Origin: Bdellovibrionota bacterium
GTDB taxonomy: Bacteria; Bdellovibrionota_C; UBA2361; JBIKUX01
Direction of reading: 5' to 3'
NCBI GenBank assembly: GCA_044347345.1
Contig: JBIKUX010000001.1
Coordinates: 64,001 to 128,000, forward strand
DNA length: 64,000 nt
Below are positions 1-9,316 of the stretch, piece after piece. The number at the start of each line of letters is the position of its first letter. Positions within the stretch are counted from its first letter, which is position 1. The translations under genes were made by a program, and so were the position numbers. Below the pieces are notes generated by a model. That model worked only from the letters and a program-made list of their open reading frames with translations. It made no database searches and had not been told where the DNA came from.

Positions 1-1839
1 CCAAGTAAGACCTCAAAAAACGAAAAACAAGTTCTGGTTACTTTTAACGATACCGTAAAATTAATCCTCACAAACATTCAAACACAAAAAAATGAGGGAC
101 GATTAAACATAGAGCAACTTAATAAGGATTTTACCAGCACTATTGCTGAATTAAGAGCGAAAAATAGTGCTAGTTCTCAAGAAGCACAAAAACAAGATAA
201 CGTAAGTGATCCGGAAGATTGGGATAAATTATCCCATAATATCTCCAGTAACACCGACAAGAATCAAATATTAATAGATGTCACAATTCTAGATAATTTG
301 CTCGACCTCGTTAACGAACGCTTAGTGACACTACAAATACAATCGGACAATAGACACGAAAAGTATCCGGCAAACTGCCCAGATTTAAAAAACGACTTTG
401 AATTTTTGACCACAATAATAAAACTTATAAAAAACGTAAGATTACAGTCACTAAAAAGTATGCGAGAGGAGCTTTTTCCTTTTGTTAACGACATGTTAGC
501 TAAGTACAATAGAAAAGTACGAATTATAGTTCAAGATGACGATATCGAAATTGATAAACTAGTCGTAACGACGATTAAAGAGGCAGTATATAAAATCATT
601 TTTTACTTTTTAAAATTACCACAACCTAAGATAAACACCCAAACTAACGACACTCAGGGATTGAGCCTCGACACTAAAGAAAATAAGCAATCCGACATTA
701 TCGTTAAATTATCCTACGATATGGGCAGAATTAGCCTCGAAATACTTGAAGGTTCTGCTAAAGAAGAATCATGTTTAAATCCAGTTCAAATAATTACCAC
801 TAATGAAGTGAGAACTACTCTAGAAACTCTCAACTTAAAAATAAAAAGCCTAGGTGGAAAGCTTGATCAGTTTGGAGTGTCCGGAAAATTAACGTCAGTC
901 CGTGTAACACTACCTAGTGCTATAATGGCCGTACCGATGCTCATGGTGGAAAGTCATGGAGAACGCTTTCTGCTTCCAAGAGGAAATATTGTAAAATTGT
1001 TAAAGATCGATAATCTGCAAATAAGAGAGCAGATCGAAGAAATAGATGGAATCTATTTTTATAAAAACTATCATACACCACTTCCAGTTATACCCTTATC
1101 ACAAGCTCTTAATATCGAAACAAACCCAAACTTAAACCTCAAAGATAATATAAATCTGATAACTGTACGGGTACACTCTGAGGAATTTGGAATTATAGTC
1201 GATAATATTTATCAAATTGAAAGCTCCCTCATAAAACCACTAAATAAGTTACTTGAAAATCATCAATTATTTTCAGCTGTGTCTATTTTATCTGATGGAA
1301 GTATCGCTTTTGTATTAGATTGTTCGAAAATTGGTGATAAATTTTCTTTAATTCGAGACAACCGCATCCCTTCAGTTATTGAATCTTTTGAAACTGTGAC
1401 TACTAAATCATCTAATCACCAAGATCGCTTAATTGTGGTAAAAATCGATCAAACCTTTCAGGTTGCAATCCCAATTAATAAAGTAAATAAACTTGAAAAA
1501 ATCTCCTCTGATAATTTAATCAGACAGAACCAAGAGCTTTTTATCAAACTTAAAAGTCAAGAAGTGATCCCGCTTATTATTTACGGAGCTCATGAACATA
1601 CAAAACAGAATCTTTTTGAGCTAAATGATTTTATATCTACTGTCATAATAACAGATGGCGAGAAAACTTTAGCGCTCCTAATAGAGAGCATCATTGGGAT
1701 AACAGAGCAATCAGGCGATGATATCAATACCAATCTTAGCCTTTTATTTAATGACAAAAGTGAGGGTTTCATAACTAGTCAAATATCAAAAATTGTAAAT
1801 GTTGATGACCTAAAAATACTTGAATCAATGTATCACTAA
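1..1839 (+). CDS. cheA: CheA-like chemotaxis protein, 5'-truncated by the window edge; degenerate kinase domain and two CheW-like domains
   Basis: Frame 1 is open from base 1. Dimerisation-like segment ILIDVTILDNLLDLVNE, 'SLGGKL...VTLPSAI' end of the HATPase, two CheW-like domains (FGIIVDNI; LALLIESIIG), followed by cheW. Confidence 0.75.
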   Translation, partial: PSKTSKNEKQVLVTFNDTVKLILTNIQTQKNEGRLNIEQLNKDFTSTIAELRAKNSASSQEAQKQDNVSDPEDWDKLSHNISSNTDKNQILIDVTILDNLLDLVNERLVTLQIQSDNRHEKYPANCPDLKNDFEFLTTIIKLIKNVRLQSLKSMREELFPFVNDMLAKYNRKVRIIVQDDDIEIDKLVVTTIKEAVYKIIFYFLKLPQPKINTQTNDTQGLSLDTKENKQSDIIVKLSYDMGRISLEILEGSAKEESCLNPVQIITTNEVRTTLETLNLKIKSLGGKLDQFGVSGKLTSVRVTLPSAIMAVPMLMVESHGERFLLPRGNIVKLLKIDNLQIREQIEEIDGIYFYKNYHTPLPVIPLSQALNIETNPNLNLKDNINLITVRVHSEEFGIIVDNIYQIESSLIKPLNKLLENHQLFSAVSILSDGSIAFVLDCSKIGDKFSLIRDNRIPSVIESFETVTTKSSNHQDRLIVVKIDQTFQVAIPINKVNKLEKISSDNLIRQNQELFIKLKSQEVIPLIIYGAHEHTKQNLFELNDFISTVIITDGEKTLALLIESIIGITEQSGDDINTNLSLLFNDKSEGFITSQISKIVNVDDLKILESMYH

Positions 1840-1855
1840 ATACACCATACTATTT

Positions 1856-2341
1856 ATGAATAACTATTCTGAATTAACTCCAGAAATTAACTATGAATAC
1901 TTGGCTAATTTCCGATTAGGTAACTTACTTTTTGGTATTAATGTAGCATCTGCTTTGGAAGTCTTAGAATACCAAGAGCCTAAACCATTTTTTTACCGGT
2001 CTAAAGAGGAAAAAGAATTTATAATTGGAATCATAAAATATCGGAGTATGATTATTCCTGTTGTTAGCCTTCATGCAACACTAGGTTTGCCAGAAATTGA
2101 TAATTTGAATAAGGCATTTTTCTATGTAGTGAGCACTCCTGAGTGTAAATTTAGTTTACTAGTAAATGAAGTTGGAGATGTCATAAAAGTGGATAGAAAT
2201 CATTTTGAAGATGTACCAGCAACTATTAGTAATCGCATCAAAGCTATTCTTAAAGGTGTTTATAGAATTAAAAACTCTCTTATATTAGTAACAAGCCCAA
2301 AAGATATTTTGTCTGTTTTTAAACAACATCTGCCGAATTAA
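1856..2341 (+). CDS. cheW: Chemotaxis adaptor CheW
   Basis: F-x-LG-x-LFGI, IIGIIKYRSMIIPVVSL, LLVNEVGDVI motifs. ATG at 1856 preferred over the track start. Confidence 0.85.
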   Translation: MNNYSELTPEINYEYLANFRLGNLLFGINVASALEVLEYQEPKPFFYRSKEEKEFIIGIIKYRSMIIPVVSLHATLGLPEIDNLNKAFFYVVSTPECKFSLLVNEVGDVIKVDRNHFEDVPATISNRIKAILKGVYRIKNSLILVTSPKDILSVFKQHLPN

Positions 2342-2387
2342 AAATTTATAACAACTAGACTATCAAAGATTTTTATCGTGGTTCCAG

Positions 2388-3251
2388 ATGAGAAACCCAA
2401 AACTTTTTCTTGGTATTCAACCTATTTGCAGCATAGTTTCTGATATACTCAGCTATATACCTCATAAAACTGTAACTGACGTAACCGATGCAGATTATAT
2501 TGTTTTTCCTCAACACATCCCCTCAGGAGCGGTATCAGAAGACATGGCGCTCACACTTGTGTCCTATAAATACTATGCTGAAGATTTTAATAAAACCCTA
2601 ATCATTTTTGTAATGTCTGATTTTACTGATCCGTTTAAAGGCTTTGATAATTCTATTATCTACAGAACATCTCTTTATAGGTCTGAATGCCTTAAGCATG
2701 AGCGCATATTACCATATCTTTGGATAAACAATTGCTTTTATAAAATTAAACCAATAATAAATAATCGTCCTCGAATAAATTTCTGTGGAGCAATTACCTA
2801 TCCCCAACGAATATTTGAATTGGAGGCTATTTTAACATCTTGCGATAAGTGGCTGGATTGTGACTTTACCATCAGAGATAAACCCTGGGGAGAAGGAGTA
2901 AGTAATGCTCATCAGGAATTTTTTAATGGATTGAGTAATGCTCAATTTATCTGTTGTCCACGCGGTGTAGGAAACTTTTCAATTCGATTTTATGAGACAC
3001 TTTGTGCCGGCAGAATTCCAGTTTTTGTTAACACAGATATGATTCTACCCTTTGAAGGCGAAATAAATTGGAATGACGTAGCTGTGATTGCACCAAACAT
3101 AGATGAACTACCTAACTGCTTAATTAATTTTATCAAGCGAAAAAATCTGGTTGAATCTCAAATATTGTGTCGAGATATTTATGATAAGTACCTCTCACCC
3201 GCTAAGTTTGGTGAATACTTACATCGTTGTATGTCTTCGGGAAAATTTTAA
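2388..3251 (+). CDS. Exostosin-family (GT47-like) glycosyltransferase
   Basis: FICCPRGVGNFSIRFYETLCAGRIPV...LPFEGEINW motif typical of the exostosin C-terminal region. Confidence 0.75.
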   Translation: MRNPKLFLGIQPICSIVSDILSYIPHKTVTDVTDADYIVFPQHIPSGAVSEDMALTLVSYKYYAEDFNKTLIIFVMSDFTDPFKGFDNSIIYRTSLYRSECLKHERILPYLWINNCFYKIKPIINNRPRINFCGAITYPQRIFELEAILTSCDKWLDCDFTIRDKPWGEGVSNAHQEFFNGLSNAQFICCPRGVGNFSIRFYETLCAGRIPVFVNTDMILPFEGEINWNDVAVIAPNIDELPNCLINFIKRKNLVESQILCRDIYDKYLSPAKFGEYLHRCMSSGKF

Positions 3252-3369
3252 AGCTGTTATGTAAATCTTTGACTAGTCTTTTATTTGCACCAAAGGATCA
3301 GATTTTTTATCCTCCCCATCATTTGAAGAATTGTCGTAGATTTTTACAACTTAAATATAAGCTGTAAAT

Positions 3370-4965
3370 TTAAAGATTTTCGAGCGAAGTTTCCCGTAAT
3401 TGTTTAATTAGTTGTGCATACCGATTCAGATCTGCTGTAGCAGTCTTTGTCTCTTTTGCTTGCTCAGAAGTATTAATTACCACTTGAGAGGATTCTTTGA
3501 CCTTATGATTAATCTCCTGTAGAGACATTTTTACTGTGTTAAATGAATCGACTATTTTTCCTGAGACAACTCTTTGATCCCCAAGTAAGTTATCAATCAA
3601 AGCACAAAAACTATTTACTTTATCTAGGCCACTACTTATTTGCCGTAAATAGACACTTACTTTGTCGATTTTTTCTTGAACTGCTTGCCTAGTTTTCGAA
3701 ATTTCATTGACTTCTTGAGCGGCACCACAAACGATATTTTTTACCTCATTAACTACTACACTAAAGCCTCGACCCAAATCTCCAGCTCGCGCTGCCTCGA
3801 TACTACCATTAATAGCTAATAAATTCGTTTGTTCAATAATATTACCTAGGACTTTTAATGGATTGTCCATTCCATTCTGAGCGCTAGACACAGTGTCAAC
3901 CAGCGTAAAGCCCTCACCAGCTACTTTTATAACCTCCAAAATCACCTGCACAGCTTGAGCCATCTTCCGAGTGATATCGCGAATGATTGACTCTGAAAAC
4001 TCATTCGCTTTTTCACCCTCAATTATATCTTCCTCTAATTTATCAGGTCTCGGCAATACAGATTTAAGTTGATGTACCGATTGTTCTGCATTAGAAATTA
4101 AAGCGCCAGTTAAGACATCAACATCTTCTAAAGACTTGCTAAATTGAGTAGCAACTTCAACCAGTTCTTGACTGATTTTTTCTTGATGAGCTTTATAGGA
4201 GGTTATATCAGTTAAAATCTTAATTATCGAAACTACTCTTCCTTCTTGGTCGCAAACAGCAGAATACAGAGCGCTCACCCATACTTCACGGCCACCTTTT
4301 CCTAACCCTAAATATTCTACTGCTATATCCCCCTCACCTCTGTTTAACTTTTCCCATAAACGCTTGTAATCAGCAGATTGAGCATACTTAAGCTCACAAA
4401 ACAAACTATCGTGACGTCCTCTTACCTCATCAACTGTATAACCAAACATTGAGAGAAACTTGCCATTCGCAGCTCGTACTGTTCCGTCAGGCTCAAACTC
4501 TACAATTGGTTGTACTTGATTTAATGCTTCTAATTGAGACTTAACACGAGATTCATTAACGACACGCTCAGTAGCATCGTGAGCAAATTCTACAATCTTT
4601 GACACTACACCCGTAGCATCTCGTACAGGAATATAAATAGATGAAATCCAAACGAGACTTCCGTTTCGTCGGAATCTTTTAATAATTCCCGAGCAGGAAT
4701 AACCCAAAGCAAGTCTCTGCCAAAAGTCAGTATACTCTGAGCTCTTCGCATAAGACGATTCATGAAATTGCGCGTGATGCGTATCGATTAATTCTTCCCG
4801 ACGGTATCCCATTAATTTTTGAAAAGCTGGACTCAGATCAATAATACGACCGGTAGGGGTAAATTCTATGTAAACTACTTCCTCAGATCGAAGAAGATTG
4901 GCAGCTAGGTCGCCCTTTGGTAACTCGGATGTACCTAACTGCACTATCTGAAGACCATCACTCAT
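3370..4965 (-). CDS. Soluble PAS-PAS methyl-accepting chemotaxis protein (BdlA-like architecture)
   Basis: Two PAS/PAC repeats (IEFTPTG..., VEFEPDG...), signalling tip [17 protein letters not shown], no TM helices. Confidence 0.85.
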   Translation of the reverse strand: MSDGLQIVQLGTSELPKGDLAANLLRSEEVVYIEFTPTGRIIDLSPAFQKLMGYRREELIDTHHAQFHESSYAKSSEYTDFWQRLALGYSCSGIIKRFRRNGSLVWISSIYIPVRDATGVVSKIVEFAHDATERVVNESRVKSQLEALNQVQPIVEFEPDGTVRAANGKFLSMFGYTVDEVRGRHDSLFCELKYAQSADYKRLWEKLNRGEGDIAVEYLGLGKGGREVWVSALYSAVCDQEGRVVSIIKILTDITSYKAHQEKISQELVEVATQFSKSLEDVDVLTGALISNAEQSVHQLKSVLPRPDKLEEDIIEGEKANEFSESIIRDITRKMAQAVQVILEVIKVAGEGFTLVDTVSSAQNGMDNPLKVLGNIIEQTNLLAINGSIEAARAGDLGRGFSVVVNEVKNIVCGAAQEVNEISKTRQAVQEKIDKVSVYLRQISSGLDKVNSFCALIDNLLGDQRVVSGKIVDSFNTVKMSLQEINHKVKESSQVVINTSEQAKETKTATADLNRYAQLIKQLRETSLENL

Positions 4966-5088
4966 ACGGTGGCTCCCATCTTAAAAGCAAAGATTTATAT
5001 TTTCCCTCTATTAACTTTCAACCCAGCAGTTAGAAAAACGAGTAGAACAAAACCAAAGAGAGGGGCTCTCGCAATGTAATGATGACGA

Positions 5089-6462
5089 TTAAAGATACGA
5101 GGATGCATAGGAAGGAGTATCTTCAACTAACGGAAATGCCGCTGAAGGTGGTACTAAGGCAAGCTCTCCGTGTTGAGTTAGGTCAAGCCCCTCAATCTCT
5201 TCAGCGGTTGTGATTCTTAGAGGGCATATACAATTTACTAACTTATAAATTAAATAAGATGCCAAGAATACGGCAGGTAGAGTTATCAGCAACCCTAAAA
5301 GATGTGTTAAAAAGAGGGTTGTCTCTCCTGTTATCAGTCCGCCATTTTTTGCAAATACAGCCGTTAGTAACATCCCGACTATTCCGCCTAACCCATGACA
5401 AGAAAAAACATCGAGAGTATCATCAAATCCAAAACGCTCTTTGAAATGCACTGCTACATTACTAATAGTGGCCGCTATCAACCCAATAATGACGCTTGCT
5501 ACCACGGAGACATGTCCCGCGGCTGGAGTAATTGCAACTAGCCCTACAACGGCTCCTATGCAGGCACCAACAGCACTAACTTTTTTTCCGCGCATTCCCT
5601 CTAGACACATCCATACAACCAATGCAACAGAAGAGGCCATATGGGTATTTAAGAAAGCAAGAGCCCCTTCACCATTAGCCTTTAAAGAGGAGCCTGCATT
5701 AAATCCGAACCAGCCAAACCACAAAAGACCAGTTCCAAGAAGTACAAATGGAACATTTGACGGCACCAAAGTTTCCCGGCGTTTATAAGCATTGCGCGGC
5801 CCTAATACGAGAGCACCAGCTAATGCGGCCATTCCGGCAGAGATATGTACTACTGTTCCTCCAGCGTAATCAAGGATACCCCATTTCATAAAAATCCCAT
5901 CTGGGTGCCAAGTGAGATGAGCTAGCGGTGAGTAAACTATAATGGTCCATAAAGCTATAAATAGAAGATAACTTGTGAATTTAATCCGTTCAGCAAAAGC
6001 TCCAGTAATTAAAGCCGGCGTAATTATGGCAAATTTCAACTGAAATAACGCAAAGAGAACAAAAGGAAGAGTTTTACCAAGCTCAGAGTGCGGAGATGCA
6101 CCCACATGATGAAACATTAAATAAGTAAAAGGATTTCCAAAAAGCCCACCAATTGAGTCGCCAAACGCAAGACTAAATCCTACGACGAGCCAAACAATAC
6201 TTACTACTCCGACAGCAGCAAAGCTTTGAAACAACGTGGATACAACATTTTTTGCGTTAACCATCCCCGCATAAAAAAAACCCAAACCCGGTGTCATAAG
6301 TAGCACTAATCCAGATGCTCCCAACATCCAAGCCGTATCAGCTCCATTAATTTCACCATTAACTAATAAATTTGCTGTTTCATTTGCACGAAAGCCATCA
6401 AGCCCGATACAGCAGATAGCTAAAAGTAAAAATCCCCATCCGAACTTCTGTTGCACAAACAC
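5089..6462 (-). CDS. amtB: Ammonium transporter
   Basis: LVLLMTPGLGFFYAG, DYAGGTVVH, WFGWFGFNAGS, DDTLDVFSCHG; twin His retained. Confidence 0.97.
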   Translation of the reverse strand: MFVQQKFGWGFLLLAICCIGLDGFRANETANLLVNGEINGADTAWMLGASGLVLLMTPGLGFFYAGMVNAKNVVSTLFQSFAAVGVVSIVWLVVGFSLAFGDSIGGLFGNPFTYLMFHHVGASPHSELGKTLPFVLFALFQLKFAIITPALITGAFAERIKFTSYLLFIALWTIIVYSPLAHLTWHPDGIFMKWGILDYAGGTVVHISAGMAALAGALVLGPRNAYKRRETLVPSNVPFVLLGTGLLWFGWFGFNAGSSLKANGEGALAFLNTHMASSVALVVWMCLEGMRGKKVSAVGACIGAVVGLVAITPAAGHVSVVASVIIGLIAATISNVAVHFKERFGFDDTLDVFSCHGLGGIVGMLLTAVFAKNGGLITGETTLFLTHLLGLLITLPAVFLASYLIYKLVNCICPLRITTAEEIEGLDLTQHGELALVPPSAAFPLVEDTPSYASSYL

Positions 6463-6641
6463 CTCACAGATAATTTTTATTTTTAAATTTTGAGTATCGA
6501 AATGCTGGTATTAAATTGGTTCTCTAGCACCATAATTTCTCTTTGAGTAGCCCTAAAAGCGCTTTGCTAACGTTGCCTCACAGTATTTTACTCGCTAACC
6601 TAGAGCTGTATTAATTGTAAAGGCAGTTTTTCGGTTCAACT

Positions 6642-7205
6642 ATGGCAATTAAAGCTACAACTATTCGGAAAGGTAAAGTAATTCTTCACAACAATGCTCC
6701 GCAGCGTGTTTTAGAGTTTCAGCATCTCACTCCTGGCAATTTACATGCTTATGTAGCAGTAAAATTACGAAATCTTCTATCAGGCAATCAAACGGAAACA
6801 CGGTTTAATGCCGATGAAAAAATCGAAGAGGCGGATGTTCATGTAACAAAGGCAACTTTTCTTTATCAAGACTCCGAAGGCTATCATTTTATGACTAGCG
6901 AGACATATGAGCAATACGCTGTCTCAGCAGAAATTATGGGAGATGCTGTCTACTATCTTCAAGATGAAATGGAGGTTGGCCTCACTACTTTTAATGGCGA
7001 TCCCATAGGAATTGAGCTTCCTCAAACAGTAATACTGACTATAGCTGATACGGAACCAGAGTTAAGAGGTGCTACGGCTAGTAATTCTCCAAAACCAGCT
7101 AAGACCACAAGTGGTCTTAGCTTATCTGTTCCACCATTTGTAAAAATTGGTGATCGAATAGTAGTTAATACCGAAGAGGGAACTTACGTAAAACGAGCTG
7201 AGTAA
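6642..7205 (+). CDS. efp: Elongation factor P
   Basis: FLYQDSEGYHFM, KPAKTTSGL..VPPFVKIGDRIVVNT..G.YV.R. Loop reads PGNLH instead of PGKG. Confidence 0.93.
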   Translation: MAIKATTIRKGKVILHNNAPQRVLEFQHLTPGNLHAYVAVKLRNLLSGNQTETRFNADEKIEEADVHVTKATFLYQDSEGYHFMTSETYEQYAVSAEIMGDAVYYLQDEMEVGLTTFNGDPIGIELPQTVILTIADTEPELRGATASNSPKPAKTTSGLSLSVPPFVKIGDRIVVNTEEGTYVKRAE

Positions 7206-7341
7206 GGCTGTATCAATTAAAGGCGATTAAGGGATGATAACGAGAAAATACTCGCCCAACTTATGCTTTTTAATCAGAGCTGGCCTCTTAGGACTCTCTA
7301 ACCAACGGGAGTCCCTAACCAATTTATATTTCTGCTTTATA

Positions 7342-8682
7342 TTACTGCGAGGCTACCTCTGTCCTATAGAAAGCATTAACTGGAACCGGATAAATAGAAC
7401 CGCTTTCGCTAGCTCTGAATAGAGAGTGATCAACAATTACTAAAAGCTGGCTCCCTAATGATGAAGTGCGTCCAATTTGCACAATCTCACCGGTCATGGC
7501 CAAGCTAATAGGGTCTAAATGGGCTTCAGTCAGTCTCCAATGCATTATGTCACCATCACGTCCAACGGTGAAAACAGAACCATCTTTATCATCAACTGCT
7601 AAATCATATATTAAACTTTTATGAGCTTGAACTTGTGCAATTTTTTTCATGCCTCTTGTTCGCCATACTTCAACTAAGCCGGAAGTTCTCGCTATCCAGA
7701 GAAATTCACCCTGTGGATCTAGAGATGCCTCAACCACACCCCCTTCTGTAGAAGAAGCAGGAGACGGCATGCCGGCAGAAAACTTAGTTGGGGTATCAGT
7801 GAAATACCGACCAGAAAAAATATTGCGGTCATAAATTCCGCCATGTAGGTCAGCATCGTATGTTTGCCATAGATTGAAAGCTCCGCCTAAATCACCCGAA
7901 AAAAAAGCCTTGGCGAATGGATGAAAAATCACAGAACTAACTACACTATTATGGCTTACGTACCTCTCCAAAGTTCGCTTCTTTGCACTGAGCGAGTGTA
8001 CCGCTCGCTCGCGTTTAAAAAGCCACCGATAAATCTTACCATCAGAGGCACCCACTAAAAGAGACTCTTCGTCTGGGCTGAATCCAAGTGCAGTTACCCT
8101 CGCTGATACTGGAGGTAAACGCTGACTAACTTCAAAGTTAACATCACCCTTTCTCGTAAAAAGGTTTACCTCTAACGTAGAAGATACCGCGAGAAATGTA
8201 CCATTAACTGAAAGAGCACAACGGCTGATACTAGAATTTAACTTAGTTATCAAACGAACATCGATATCGTCGTTAAAATTTTCATCCAGATTCCAAATAC
8301 GAATTGAGCCATCTTTATGACACGATAAGATGGTGTTTTTTTTGAGGTGCTTAACATCTGGGGCTTTGTCTTTAAACATCTTCCCACCAGTGATGATGTT
8401 TGTGCTATTTGTGCCTATCCTATCTCTTGGGATAGCCCACAAACTCACTATCTGGCTAAACTCATGGTTGATATGGTTCTTGATAAAGCTCGTATCACGC
8501 TTTATCACTGTATTATCTAAAATCACTGTGTTATCTAAAGAACCTCTATCAAAAATTCTATTTTTTAAGTCATCTGAATCTGCCAAGGAATCTGTGGTGG
8601 CCCAAAAAACCATCTCTGCCAAAAAAGAAGTGGCACAGCACAAAAGCAGGCGAAAAATGGTGTTTTTTACAGATATCCTCAC
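7342..8682 (-). CDS. WD40-repeat (beta-propeller) protein, probably exported
   Basis: DGSIRIWN, DGKIYRW, H..VVSSVIFHP, H..LIYDLAV, DGDIMHW repeats; hydrophobic N-terminus. Confidence 0.8.
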   Translation of the reverse strand: MRISVKNTIFRLLLCCATSFLAEMVFWATTDSLADSDDLKNRIFDRGSLDNTVILDNTVIKRDTSFIKNHINHEFSQIVSLWAIPRDRIGTNSTNIITGGKMFKDKAPDVKHLKKNTILSCHKDGSIRIWNLDENFNDDIDVRLITKLNSSISRCALSVNGTFLAVSSTLEVNLFTRKGDVNFEVSQRLPPVSARVTALGFSPDEESLLVGASDGKIYRWLFKRERAVHSLSAKKRTLERYVSHNSVVSSVIFHPFAKAFFSGDLGGAFNLWQTYDADLHGGIYDRNIFSGRYFTDTPTKFSAGMPSPASSTEGGVVEASLDPQGEFLWIARTSGLVEVWRTRGMKKIAQVQAHKSLIYDLAVDDKDGSVFTVGRDGDIMHWRLTEAHLDPISLAMTGEIVQIGRTSSLGSQLLVIVDHSLFRASESGSIYPVPVNAFYRTEVASQ

Positions 8683-8965
8683 TAAGACATTCCTTCTCTC
8701 AAGTATTCCTTAATCTAAGGCTCACTCGGGTACTTGCCTTTTACTAGGGTGAGGGTATCTTTATGTGACGCTGATTACCAGCGGTTCACATTAGTTATAA
8801 AGATTAATTTTTAGGAAATTATATACTAAGATATTCTGAAGCTTAGCATTCGTAGTCGCGCCAAACAGTAAAATTACATGGGTTATAAATAGACTACAGG
8901 TGGTTTCAGGATAAAACTCTGGTAAAGCTATGGTGAGATTATGAAGACTTAGTGATACACTTAGG

Positions 8966-9047
8966 AAGTAATAAACCCAAGTAAGTAATAAACCCAAGTA
9001 AGTGGTAATCTGACTAAGTAGTAATCCGAGTAAGTGGTAATCCGGGG
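8966..9047. repeat. Degenerate 16-17 bp tandem repeat, 5 copies
   Basis: aagtaataaacccaagt x2, then aagtggtaatctgact, aagtagtaatccgagt, aagtggtaatccgggg. Confidence 0.85.
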
Positions 9048-9208
9048 ATAGGTCTTAAAAGGCCTCGTATTTTAGGTACGTACGGTATGTACGCCCCAGA
9101 GACTAAGTAAACAGAGACTAAGTAAGCCCTGCAGAGAGTTTATCCTTGTAGGCTACTAGGTAGTTTTACTAGACCCTGTAGGTTACATAAACTGAGCTAG
9201 ACGCACTC

Positions 9209-9256
9209 TTCTTAGAGGGAGGTTTTCTTAGAGGACGGGCTTCTTAAAGGACGGGT
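9209..9256. repeat. 16 bp tandem repeat, 3 copies
   Basis: ttcttagagggaggtt / ttcttagaggacgggc / ttcttaaaggacgggt. Confidence 0.85.
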
Positions 9257-9316
9257 TGCCGTTGGGTAAAGGCCAAATAAAAATCAAAACATACTCTTTT
9301 AAAAAAAGGCTTAGTA

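Noticed and set aside
7291-7314. Hairpin between convergent efp and WD40 genes as an intrinsic terminator
   Set aside because: An 8 bp stem is present but there is no adjacent U-tract on either strand; too weak to call.
8763-8791. CRP/FNR-type site (TGTGA...TCACA)
   Set aside because: Half-sites are 17 bp apart rather than 6; better read as a hairpin.
8791-8997. 68-aa minus-strand ORF in the repeat-rich spacer
   Set aside because: It starts within the tandem repeat at a TTG and has no recognisable features; likely spurious.
8966-9256. CRISPR array
   Set aside because: Repeats are 14-17 bp, directly abutting, of several different families, with no unique spacers and no cas genes.
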